From the IMG/VR virus record IMGVR_UViG_3300042349_000289, positions 1 through 26,380 of that record: a stretch of DNA of 26,380 nucleotides; one strand, written 5' to 3'. The notes under the pieces are model-generated. The model did not search any database and had not been told where the DNA came from. It worked only from the letters and a program-made list of their open reading frames with translations. This DNA comes from a virus. Taxonomy: Duplodnaviria; Caudoviricetes. The translations under genes and the position numbers were made by a program. How positions within the stretch are numbered: the stretch's first letter is position 1; each line of letters starts with the position of its first letter. Positions 18,735 to 25,979 of the stretch are shown here, in pieces.

Positions 18735-20552
18735 ATGGCATACAACAGATATTACACCCAATTCGAAGATGAAAATTCATGGCAATATACATTGTATGTT
18801 TTGCCAAGCAATGCAAACTTGAATGACTCGCAATTGTTTCTTGATTCTACATTGACAACATTCAATTTGATTGAATTGCCTGATGACTTCCTGATGAAGT
18901 CTTTGTCGGTTGAAACTGAACTTGGTGAAATTCCTGCAGGGCTTGTTTCTCAAGTCATGACATTGAATGTAAATTTGGCAGCATTGCAAGGTGCAACAAA
19001 TTTGAATGAATTACGAGAATGTTTGTTGAGGGGATTTGTTCAGGAAGGCAATCCATATCAATCAACACAATTCATCAATAACACATTTTCATTTCCAAGA
19101 TTCAACACATTCATTCTGATGGTGAATGATGGAAGTGGTGACAGACCTGTATTTATTGGATGCCAAAAATTCGCAGCGGAAAATGAATTGACATTGACAA
19201 AGTTAGATTCAGTAATCAATTTCAAGATTGAATGTTTTGATGTCATGAGATTCATTTGTGAAAATATAGTTGGTGAAGATTATGCAAACTACTTTTTGGC
19301 AAATGGCACAACCAATACAAATGCACTTGATTATGGGAATGGATATTCAATTGCAAGAAACACAAGATACAATGACATTTTGATTGGCACTGCATATTAT
19401 GCAAGCGCACAAGATGAACAAACAGAAGAAACAAGGGAATCAACAATTGACAAATATAGTTTTGTTGTTAACACATTCAACAATTTGAAAACATTGATTG
19501 ATTCAATGTTGACAGAATACATGAGATCAGTCACTTGGAATACATCATCAACAGTTTCAATCCCTGTTCCTTTTTCAAAAGCATGGACATTCTATGCACC
19601 AAGATTGGATGCAGGGGATTCTTATGGTGGTGTAATTGACAAACCTGCATTTGTTTCTGAAATATACAAGGATGAAAACGGAATAACATCTTTGAAAGGT
19701 GGTGCAATAATTGATTCAACAGCATTTGGAAAATTCCAAAATTTCTATGAGGTGTTTCAATCATTGGTTGAAAATACATTGGAAATTTATCGCATAAACC
19801 TGTCGTATTCGATTGCAACAGGCGCGTTTGGTATTTCATACACATCGGACTTTATTCGACCACTGACAGCATCAGGAATCACATTCAATCAAAGCAATGT
19901 ATATTCTGATATTAAGATGAAGTTATTTCAAGAAACAGTCAAATCTGCACAGGCTTCTGTTTCAACATTGCAAGGTGAAAAGGACACAAAGGTTTTTCCA
20001 TATCAGGAAGGAACATCATCTGACAATGGAAAGGATGTTGAATTGATATTCCACAATTTACCAACGGCATCAAATTACAGGCAGACAAGTGACTACACAT
20101 CAGAAGGAAGAATCATCATAAGGAAATCATCAATCAATGCAGGAATGATTGTTTGGAATGATTCGGGAAGAATCAAAAGACCTGACACACAATGTCAATT
20201 TAAGTATTCAAATACAGATTCAATTTCATTGAATTATGAAGTCATTGAAAGGGATGATGCCGTCACTGTTCAACATATTATTGAACAGCAACAGGCGGGC
20301 GTTCCATACACAATTGCCTATGCACTTGTCAAATCACTTGGTGATTCAAAGCAAGTTGATTTGGAATTCAAGACAAGACATTCCATTTGTGGATTTGAAG
20401 ATGTTGGTGCAAATTGCACAATCAATTTGAATGATCTCAATCCATTAGTGACTCAAATCTACAATGCCAATACAGGAACGGGTGTTATCACAAAACATAA
20501 ATTGGATGTTTATTCAGGAAGTGTTGACATATCAATCAGGATGTATCAATGA
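18735..20552 (+). CDS. Putative tail tip / baseplate hub protein
   Basis: 605 aa, beta-rich, second gene after the tape measure; function from synteny only. Confidence 0.55.
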   Translation: MAYNRYYTQFEDENSWQYTLYVLPSNANLNDSQLFLDSTLTTFNLIELPDDFLMKSLSVETELGEIPAGLVSQVMTLNVNLAALQGATNLNELRECLLRGFVQEGNPYQSTQFINNTFSFPRFNTFILMVNDGSGDRPVFIGCQKFAAENELTLTKLDSVINFKIECFDVMRFICENIVGEDYANYFLANGTTNTNALDYGNGYSIARNTRYNDILIGTAYYASAQDEQTEETRESTIDKYSFVVNTFNNLKTLIDSMLTEYMRSVTWNTSSTVSIPVPFSKAWTFYAPRLDAGDSYGGVIDKPAFVSEIYKDENGITSLKGGAIIDSTAFGKFQNFYEVFQSLVENTLEIYRINLSYSIATGAFGISYTSDFIRPLTASGITFNQSNVYSDIKMKLFQETVKSAQASVSTLQGEKDTKVFPYQEGTSSDNGKDVELIFHNLPTASNYRQTSDYTSEGRIIIRKSSINAGMIVWNDSGRIKRPDTQCQFKYSNTDSISLNYEVIERDDAVTVQHIIEQQQAGVPYTIAYALVKSLGDSKQVDLEFKTRHSICGFEDVGANCTINLNDLNPLVTQIYNANTGTGVITKHKLDVYSGSVDISIRMYQ

Positions 20553-21271
20553 AATACAATGAACCAATAAGAGCAAAGGGAATTGGCAGGAACCAATTGG
20601 CATTTCCAACAGGTAGCAAATACAGTGAACTGTTGAATGATGAAGATGAATTCAATTTGATTGCACAGGATTCAACATTGCACATTGCACAGGAAGTGAC
20701 ATCACAAGCAATTGGACTTGCAAGATCATCAGCAACCGCTGCTGCATCTTCTGCACATAAGAAAGCACAGAACTATCCATTTGGAATGCAAGGTGTGACA
20801 TCATTTGCAAAATCAGGTGCAGGTGCATTTTCCGTTCCAATTCCCTTTTCAATTGTGAATGTCATCAATCCGAATTATTTCTACGATTCAAGAGATCAAA
20901 CAATTTATGTGAATGAAGCGGGTTGGTATTGGGTGCAGGCGTTTTTCTATTCCACATCAATTCAAGGTTCATTGGATTGGGGATTGCAAATTGCAACAAA
21001 TGTTTCATCAGGAATTTACACGGAAACATATGAACAGTTTTTTGCATATCAGAATGCAAACAAACATCCAACGCTATCAGGTTCAACAATCATCAATTTG
21101 CCAAATCAAAATGAAGTGATGAACAGATCAGGCAGATACGGTTTTCAAATCCGATTATTCACAGATGCATCATTTGTTTCATTTGGAACGGCAAACACCA
21201 GAGCATCATTGCATGTATTCAAATTGTCGGAAATATTTGAAGCTGATAGAAGATTCACAACAGCAACATAA
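20549..21271 (+). CDS. Putative tail fibre / receptor-binding protein with a C1q/TNF-like C-terminal domain
   Basis: Ala-rich helical stalk, then IPFS…N…FYD…TIYVNEAGWYWV resembling gC1q strands. Confidence 0.5.
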   Translation: MKYNEPIRAKGIGRNQLAFPTGSKYSELLNDEDEFNLIAQDSTLHIAQEVTSQAIGLARSSATAAASSAHKKAQNYPFGMQGVTSFAKSGAGAFSVPIPFSIVNVINPNYFYDSRDQTIYVNEAGWYWVQAFFYSTSIQGSLDWGLQIATNVSSGIYTETYEQFFAYQNANKHPTLSGSTIINLPNQNEVMNRSGRYGFQIRLFTDASFVSFGTANTRASLHVFKLSEIFEADRRFTTAT

Positions 21272-21282
21272 AAGGAAATAAA

Positions 21283-21780
21283 ATGCCAATTTTTTATTCA
21301 GGACAAACAGGACAGGAAAAAGTCAAATCAATTTTTGACTTTGGAACATTAGACACGGTTGCGTATGCACTTGGTGACATATTGACAAGCGGTGCAATTG
21401 CAATTCCAAATGCATCAAGATTTGCAGGGGACACAGGAACATTGCTGAAAATCATTTTGGCAGAATCAACATCAGGAACATTGCAAAGACCTGCATTGCG
21501 ATTGTGGTTTTTTGGTGGATCATTGACACCTGCATCAAGAAATTCAGCGCAGGCATTCACCAAAGCACAATTTGATATTGCAGTTGGTTATGTTGACATT
21601 GCAAATGCATCATGGCAAAATGGTGGAACGGGAACAGCGTATGTTGATGCAACATTTGAATTGCCGTATGGATTGCAACCAACATCAACATCACTTTATT
21701 GCGTTCCTGAAGTCAGGGGTGCATACACATTCCATTCAACAGCCAAGATCACAGGAACGGCAATCATTGCAATTGACTAA
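21283..21780 (+). CDS. Hypothetical beta-rich protein, probably structural
   Basis: AAGGA upstream, Ala/Thr/Gly-rich, end of the late operon. Confidence 0.6.
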   Translation: MPIFYSGQTGQEKVKSIFDFGTLDTVAYALGDILTSGAIAIPNASRFAGDTGTLLKIILAESTSGTLQRPALRLWFFGGSLTPASRNSAQAFTKAQFDIAVGYVDIANASWQNGGTGTAYVDATFELPYGLQPTSTSLYCVPEVRGAYTFHSTAKITGTAIIAID

Positions 21781-21793
21781 AGGAACATGAATC

Positions 21794-22003
21794 ATGGCAT
21801 TGACTTTGACAGATGTGAACACAGGAAATACAATTGTAATTGACAAAGCGGATGTGGCATCATTCTATGATATTGATGAACTGTTCAGGCGTATCAACAT
21901 GACTGATGGCACCATCTATGATGTTTCTGAATCATTTGCAACGCTTGTTTCCGATATTGGAAGCGGTGGCGGTGGTCATGGTGGCGGTGGCGGTGGACCG
22001 TAA
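21794..22003 (+). CDS. Small acidic protein, FlbD-like pattern, with a poly-Gly tail
   Basis: AAGGA upstream; LTLT…IVIDKADVASF…INMTDGTIYDVSESF; ends GSGGGGHGGGGGGP. Confidence 0.6.
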   Translation: MALTLTDVNTGNTIVIDKADVASFYDIDELFRRINMTDGTIYDVSESFATLVSDIGSGGGGHGGGGGGP

Positions 22004-22025
22004 AAATAATATGCACCTGTAAATC

Positions 22026-22067
22026 ATTGGTTTTATTGCAGTTAAGCGATAAAGCCAATTTTTTTTT
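22026..22067 (+). terminator. Rho-independent terminator ending the late operon
   Basis: ATTGGTTTTATTGC-AGTTAA-GCGATAAAGCCAAT 14-bp stem with two G-U pairs, followed by a T run to 22067. Confidence 0.85.
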
Positions 22068-22087
22068 GAAATTATTTTAATTTTTAT

Positions 22088-22116
22088 TTGGTGGTTCGCA
22101 CAATATCCCATATATT
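22088..22116 (+). promoter_or_regulatory. Putative early promoter 1 (sigma70-like)
   Basis: TTGGTG-17 nt-TATATT with an A/T tract upstream; GGAG RBS before ATG 22162. Confidence 0.7.
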
Positions 22117-22161
22117 GTATTTGTAATTGAAACACACAAAATAATTCTTCGGAGCAAAACA

Positions 22162-22347
22162 ATGGAAAAGAAACATTTTTTAGACTACAAATTAAGAATC
22201 TTGAATGCAAACGGAACTATCATGAATGCAAATACAGACTTCCCAAGTTGGTTCACATATGAGCAGGCAAAGAAAATATGTAATTATGCAAAAGGACAAA
22301 GAATCTTCAGACATGATGGTGTGAATTTTAGAGAAGAAATTTTTTGA
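22162..22347 (+). CDS. Small early hypothetical protein
   Basis: GGAG RBS; fills the space between the two promoter repeats. Confidence 0.75.
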   Translation: MEKKHFLDYKLRILNANGTIMNANTDFPSWFTYEQAKKICNYAKGQRIFRHDGVNFREEIF

Positions 22348-22355
22348 AAATATAT

Positions 22356-22384
22356 TTGGTGGTTCGCTTAAAATAACATAGATT
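22356..22384 (+). promoter_or_regulatory. Putative early promoter 2 (sigma70-like)
   Basis: TTGGTG-17 nt-TAGATT, same layout as promoter 1. Confidence 0.65.
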
Positions 22385-22418
22385 GCATCTGTAATTAAAA
22401 ACATACAATATTTGGAGA

Positions 22419-22637
22419 ATGGAAATGACAGCAGAACAAAAACTTGAAATGATTGAAACAGCTCTTCCGAGTGAATCCTTTACGGCTCTTATTATGAGAA
22501 GGGAACAAAGAGAAATATTTAATATGCTTATGAGTGTGCTCAATGACTTCACATTTGGCGATGTTTACCAGACTCATATTGAGCACAAGAAATCAAAAGC
22601 AGTTTTGCGTCAAATGGTTTATCACAATCAAATTTAA
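22419..22637 (+). CDS. Small early hypothetical protein
   Basis: GGAG at 22414-22417; spacing favours ATG 22425 as the true start. Confidence 0.7.
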   Translation: MEMTAEQKLEMIETALPSESFTALIMRREQREIFNMLMSVLNDFTFGDVYQTHIEHKKSKAVLRQMVYHNQI

Positions 22638-22650
22638 TTGGAGAAACAAA

Positions 22651-22896
22651 ATGAGAGCAATCCCTGAATCAGAAAAATTCACAGCATTTGTAGTTGCGTT
22701 TCGCATTGCAATGAATGATGAAAAGTTAGCAAAGGCGGTTGCGGTTGCGGGCAATGAATGCAATCAAGAATTCGAGCAAATGAAAAAGGCATGGATTGAA
22801 ATTGCAATCAAACTTGCAACACCAATAATGAATGATGCATTGAAGATTGCAGAACAATATACGACTGATGAAATTTCACAAATTATGGAGAATTGA
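22651..22896 (+). CDS. Small early hypothetical helical protein
   Basis: GGAG RBS before ATG 22651; the longer 22534 start overlaps the upstream gene. Confidence 0.75.
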   Translation: MRAIPESEKFTAFVVAFRIAMNDEKLAKAVAVAGNECNQEFEQMKKAWIEIAIKLATPIMNDALKIAEQYTTDEISQIMEN

Positions 22897-22898
22897 AA

Positions 22899-23060
22899 AT
22901 GAATCAGAATCAATTGGAATGTGATCGCGATTATTGGAAGGCACAACACATGAAGTTAAAAGGACAAATACAATTTTTTGTCGGTTGGACATTAGTCTGC
23001 ATTCTCATTATTACAGTTGAATTGATTATCAACAGATTTTGGCATGTGCCAATACATTAA
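22899..23060 (+). CDS. 53-aa single-pass membrane protein (MNQNQLECDRDYWKAQHMKLKGQIQFFVGWTLVCILIITVELIINRFWHVPIH)
   Basis: Translated by hand and below the ORF-track cutoff; GGAG upstream; fills the gap between neighbours; one hydrophobic segment. Confidence 0.7.
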   Translation: MNQNQLECDRDYWKAQHMKLKGQIQFFVGWTLVCILIITVELIINRFWHVPIH

Positions 23061-23074
23061 AGGAGCGCAAATGG

Positions 23075-23314
23075 ATGAATGAAATTGAATGGATTACAAC
23101 GGAAGAGGCATCGCAAATCTACGGAAAGAGTCAAAGGTATATTCAGATGATTTGCAAAGGCAGGCGACGGCGGAAAGGAAAAGCAATTTGGCATGTATTG
23201 CCAAAAGTCAAGAATATTAAATACACAATGTCAGCAAAGAACAAACCAATGGCATTGATATTCAAACCAGAATTGGATGAACTATTCACAAACAAATTGG
23301 AGCAAACAGGATGA
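23075..23314 (+). CDS. Excisionase/MerR-like HTH DNA-binding protein
   Basis: WITTEEASQIYGKSQRYIQMICKG; AGGAG at 23061; very basic. Confidence 0.75.
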   Translation: MNEIEWITTEEASQIYGKSQRYIQMICKGRRRRKGKAIWHVLPKVKNIKYTMSAKNKPMALIFKPELDELFTNKLEQTG

Positions 23315-24213
23315 AATTCAAAACACAAGATCAGGCACTTGCATTGACATCAACAATCTTTGTCATCTATGGTGAAGCGGGCGTTGGCAAGTCAACATTG
23401 GCAAACACAGCAAACAAACCATTGGTATTGGATTTTGATGAAGGTTACCAAAGGAGCAAACTAAGCAAAGACTGTTATGAGCATGTGCATTGGAGAGATA
23501 TTGCGAATGATTCAATGTTGGTTGACATCATCAAAGATTATGAAACTATTGTTATTGACACAGCAGGCACAATGTTGGATTCAATCATGGAATGGCACAT
23601 TGAAACAAATCCCAAATTGGAAAGAATGAAAATGCAATTGTTTGGGGAATTGAAAACTACATTTTATAAATTCCTGAAATTGATTCGGGCGTTGAACAAA
23701 GACATCATTTTTATCATGCATTCCAAACAGGTGACAGAATCAGAACAATTGAAAGTGAAGCCATTGGCACAGGGATCAAGTTACGACTTGATTATTCAGA
23801 AGGCAGACATGGTTGGATATATGTTCAAAGATGAAAAAGGAAATACAGTCATTGACTTTGATGCAAAGGATTGGAAAGTTGGTAAGAATTCGGCTGAACT
23901 TCCTGCAATCATCATTCCACACTACAATGAACTTGAATCATTCATGGCGAACATATTTGAGCAAACCAAGACTGCATTTAACCACACAAGATTGAATCAC
24001 ACTGAATCATTGCGTGCCATCAATGCAATGGTTGCATCAGCAAATGAATGTGTGACAATTGATGCATTAAATGCCATCACAAACACATTGACTGAATCAT
24101 CATTCACGAAAGGTGAAAAGATGCAGATTTGGAATTCTATTAAGACAAAGGCAGAATCACTTGGATTCAATTATGATGTCAAATCAAAACAATTCACAGG
24201 GGTGCAATCATGA
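23311..24213 (+). CDS. AAA_24 / Sak4-like P-loop ATPase (ssDNA annealing protein)
   Basis: IYGEAGVGKST, LDFDEG, IVIDTAG, IIFIMH, ADMVGYM, GKN motifs; near an exonuclease gene. Confidence 0.85.
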   Translation: MKFKTQDQALALTSTIFVIYGEAGVGKSTLANTANKPLVLDFDEGYQRSKLSKDCYEHVHWRDIANDSMLVDIIKDYETIVIDTAGTMLDSIMEWHIETNPKLERMKMQLFGELKTTFYKFLKLIRALNKDIIFIMHSKQVTESEQLKVKPLAQGSSYDLIIQKADMVGYMFKDEKGNTVIDFDAKDWKVGKNSAELPAIIIPHYNELESFMANIFEQTKTAFNHTRLNHTESLRAINAMVASANECVTIDALNAITNTLTESSFTKGEKMQIWNSIKTKAESLGFNYDVKSKQFTGVQS

Positions 24214-24497
24214 TTAAGAAACAAACAGCGGTGGATTGGTTGAAGCAAAGTATAGAAAATACGTCTATACATTGGGGTTCGGAATTATACTATAACCAAA
24301 AAGGCGATAGTTTCAATTACCTTGTAATTAGGATACAGCCCGAAAAATTAGACGAATTTTTTCTAAAAGCCAAGCAAATGGAAAAAGAGCAGATTGAGGA
24401 TGCTCATTTACTCGGACTTGTACATGATTTGACAAAAGATGCATACACGCAAGCAGAGGAATACTATAAAGAAACCTACGGAGGCGAGGATGAGTAA
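24210..24497 (+). CDS. Hypothetical protein of the QTAV(D/E)WL…AKxMEKEQI family
   Basis: KQTAVDWL…KAKQMEKEQIEDA…AEEYYKETY. Confidence 0.75.
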   Translation: MIKKQTAVDWLKQSIENTSIHWGSELYYNQKGDSFNYLVIRIQPEKLDEFFLKAKQMEKEQIEDAHLLGLVHDLTKDAYTQAEEYYKETYGGEDE

Positions 24498-24717
24498 GCA
24501 ACAAACCGCAGTAGAGTGGTTGGAACATACTTTGAAATATGTATTCACTATTGATGAAATGCAACAAGAAAAAATTGATAGCATTTTCGCACAAGCGAAG
24601 AGAAAGGAATGCATGCAAATTGCAAAAGCATGGGAGCGTAGGGCAATGGATGTTACAGGGTATGATTACTACAGACTTTATCATGGTAAATTACCAATTG
24701 GAGATGATAATGATTAA
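24490..24717 (+). CDS. Hypothetical protein, paralogue of the preceding gene
   Basis: MSKQQTAVEWL…AQAKRKECMQIAKAW…DYY; GGAGG upstream of ATG 24490. Confidence 0.7.
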   Translation: MSKQQTAVEWLEHTLKYVFTIDEMQQEKIDSIFAQAKRKECMQIAKAWERRAMDVTGYDYYRLYHGKLPIGDDND

Positions 24718-25357
24718 AATATCAGCAACACAATGTGATGCATGGCTGAAATATTGCAATGACATCATTGATGAAAACCAATTGAAACAAACATTATTGA
24801 AAACAGGAAACCCATCAATCAAAATGGAATTGGGAACAATGTTTCATTCGCTGATTGAAAATCAAGATGCTGATGTTCCAATTGTTTTCAATGCAGAACA
24901 AATCAATCATGCAAGATCATTATTCCAAGGTGGCATGCATGAAGCAAAAACAAGAAAAAGACATCAATCAAAGCATGGTGAAATTGCAATCACAGGTGTT
25001 GCTGATTATTTGATTGGCAGGCGTGTGATGGAAGCGAAGACAACATGGGGTTCATTCTCTATTGACAAATATTTGGATTCAATTCAATGGCAAATGTATT
25101 GTTGGTTGTTTGAAGCGGATGAAATTGAATATGTTGTTTTTGAATTTCCTGCACCATCAACAAAATGGAAAACAATCAGTGACATTGATTCTGAACTGCA
25201 ATACAAATCATTTCATTCATTCACATTGCGGGCATCCCAAATGGATGAACAGCATATCAAAACAACAATTGATGAACTGCATAGATTCATCATTGTTTCA
25301 GGCATTGAAGATTCTATGCAATTAACAGAAGACATATCTATATTTGAATTATTCTAA
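24710..25357 (+). CDS. PD-(D/E)XK exonuclease (RecB/Cas4-like fold)
   Basis: GTMFH, ITGVAD, EAKTT, QWQMY motifs; GGAG before ATG 24710. Confidence 0.85.
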   Translation: MIKISATQCDAWLKYCNDIIDENQLKQTLLKTGNPSIKMELGTMFHSLIENQDADVPIVFNAEQINHARSLFQGGMHEAKTRKRHQSKHGEIAITGVADYLIGRRVMEAKTTWGSFSIDKYLDSIQWQMYCWLFEADEIEYVVFEFPAPSTKWKTISDIDSELQYKSFHSFTLRASQMDEQHIKTTIDELHRFIIVSGIEDSMQLTEDISIFELF

Positions 25358-25374
25358 ATTTAGGAGATGATGAA

Positions 25375-25872
25375 ATGGGACTATTTTTCTTCAGAAAGGA
25401 AATTGAAAGAGAGCAATTTGCACAAAGATTGGATTCATTGGAATCACAGATCATGATATTGAATTCAACAATAGATGAACTTATTAAGTTGATTCCGAAT
25501 GAAGTGGCAAAACAGATTCAATCAGCAAAGGCAGTTGAAAAGGCACATGAAACAAATCCATCATTGGCAAAGAGAATGCAGGCAAAAAGAATCAGGCGGG
25601 TTGGAACCTATGCAGAAAGGCAATACAATGAGCCATTTCAAATTGCATGGGTAATGAAAAACAATGGATACACAAGAGCGCAAATTGCCAATGTATTGAA
25701 TGCAAAAGGATTCAAGACACCACAATCAAATGAATTCAGCAAAGCAGCAGTGACAGATTTGATGCATAATTTGCATCAAAAGAAGCAAATGGAATACAAA
25801 CAAACGAAAATTACAAATTTAAATGTGACTTCCATGCCCAAATCAGTTGACTTTTTAGATGGCATTCAATAA
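25375..25872 (+). CDS. Coiled-coil protein with a serine-recombinase-type DNA-binding domain and no catalytic domain
   Basis: GYTRAQIANVLNAKGFKTPQSNEFSKAAV pattern; AGGAG RBS. Confidence 0.65.
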   Translation: MGLFFFRKEIEREQFAQRLDSLESQIMILNSTIDELIKLIPNEVAKQIQSAKAVEKAHETNPSLAKRMQAKRIRRVGTYAERQYNEPFQIAWVMKNNGYTRAQIANVLNAKGFKTPQSNEFSKAAVTDLMHNLHQKKQMEYKQTKITNLNVTSMPKSVDFLDGIQ

Positions 25873-25889
25873 ATTGGAAACTGCCATAA

Positions 25890-25956
25890 ATTGAATATGA
25901 GACGCGAAAGGGTGTGAACCCATAAGAATATATGTGTTAATACCCTTTCATTCAAT
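25890..25956 (+). promoter_or_regulatory. Extended intergenic stem-loop, possible structured leader
   Basis: ATTGAAT/ATTCAAT outer stem, GAAAGGGTGT/ATACCCTTTC middle stem, AAC-CATA/TATG-GTT inner stem. Confidence 0.55.
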
Positions 25957-25979
25957 GGTGAGCCTTAAAACAAGCAAAA

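Larger units (their letters stand above)
22085..22400 (+). repeat. Two-copy imperfect direct repeat about 48 bp long, 268 bp apart (22085-22132, 22353-22400)
   Basis: Exact TATTTGGTGGTTCGC in both copies; a second block matches 20/24 (CATAtATTGtATtTGTAATTgAAA vs CATAgATTGcATcTGTAATTaAAA). Confidence 0.9.

Noticed and set aside
18735-21780. Diversity-generating retroelement target in the tail-tip genes
   Set aside because: No reverse transcriptase and no adenine-variant repeat pair seen in the window
22085-22400. Direct repeats as a mini CRISPR array
   Set aside because: Only two degenerate copies, separated by more than 200 bp containing an ORF; the layout is promoter-like
24710-25357. Cas4-like nuclease as part of a CRISPR-Cas system
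   Set aside because: No other cas genes or array and no four-Cys Fe-S pattern; the context fits a phage recombination exonuclease
207-25872. No accepted gene ends in TAG, suggesting possible amber recoding
   Set aside because: Genes are full length under code 11 with no in-frame TAG, and no suppressor tRNA was seen; general TA avoidance explains it
23075-25872. Excisionase-like and recombinase-like genes as proof of a temperate lifestyle
   Set aside because: No integrase catalytic domain, repressor or att site is visible, so lifestyle cannot be determined
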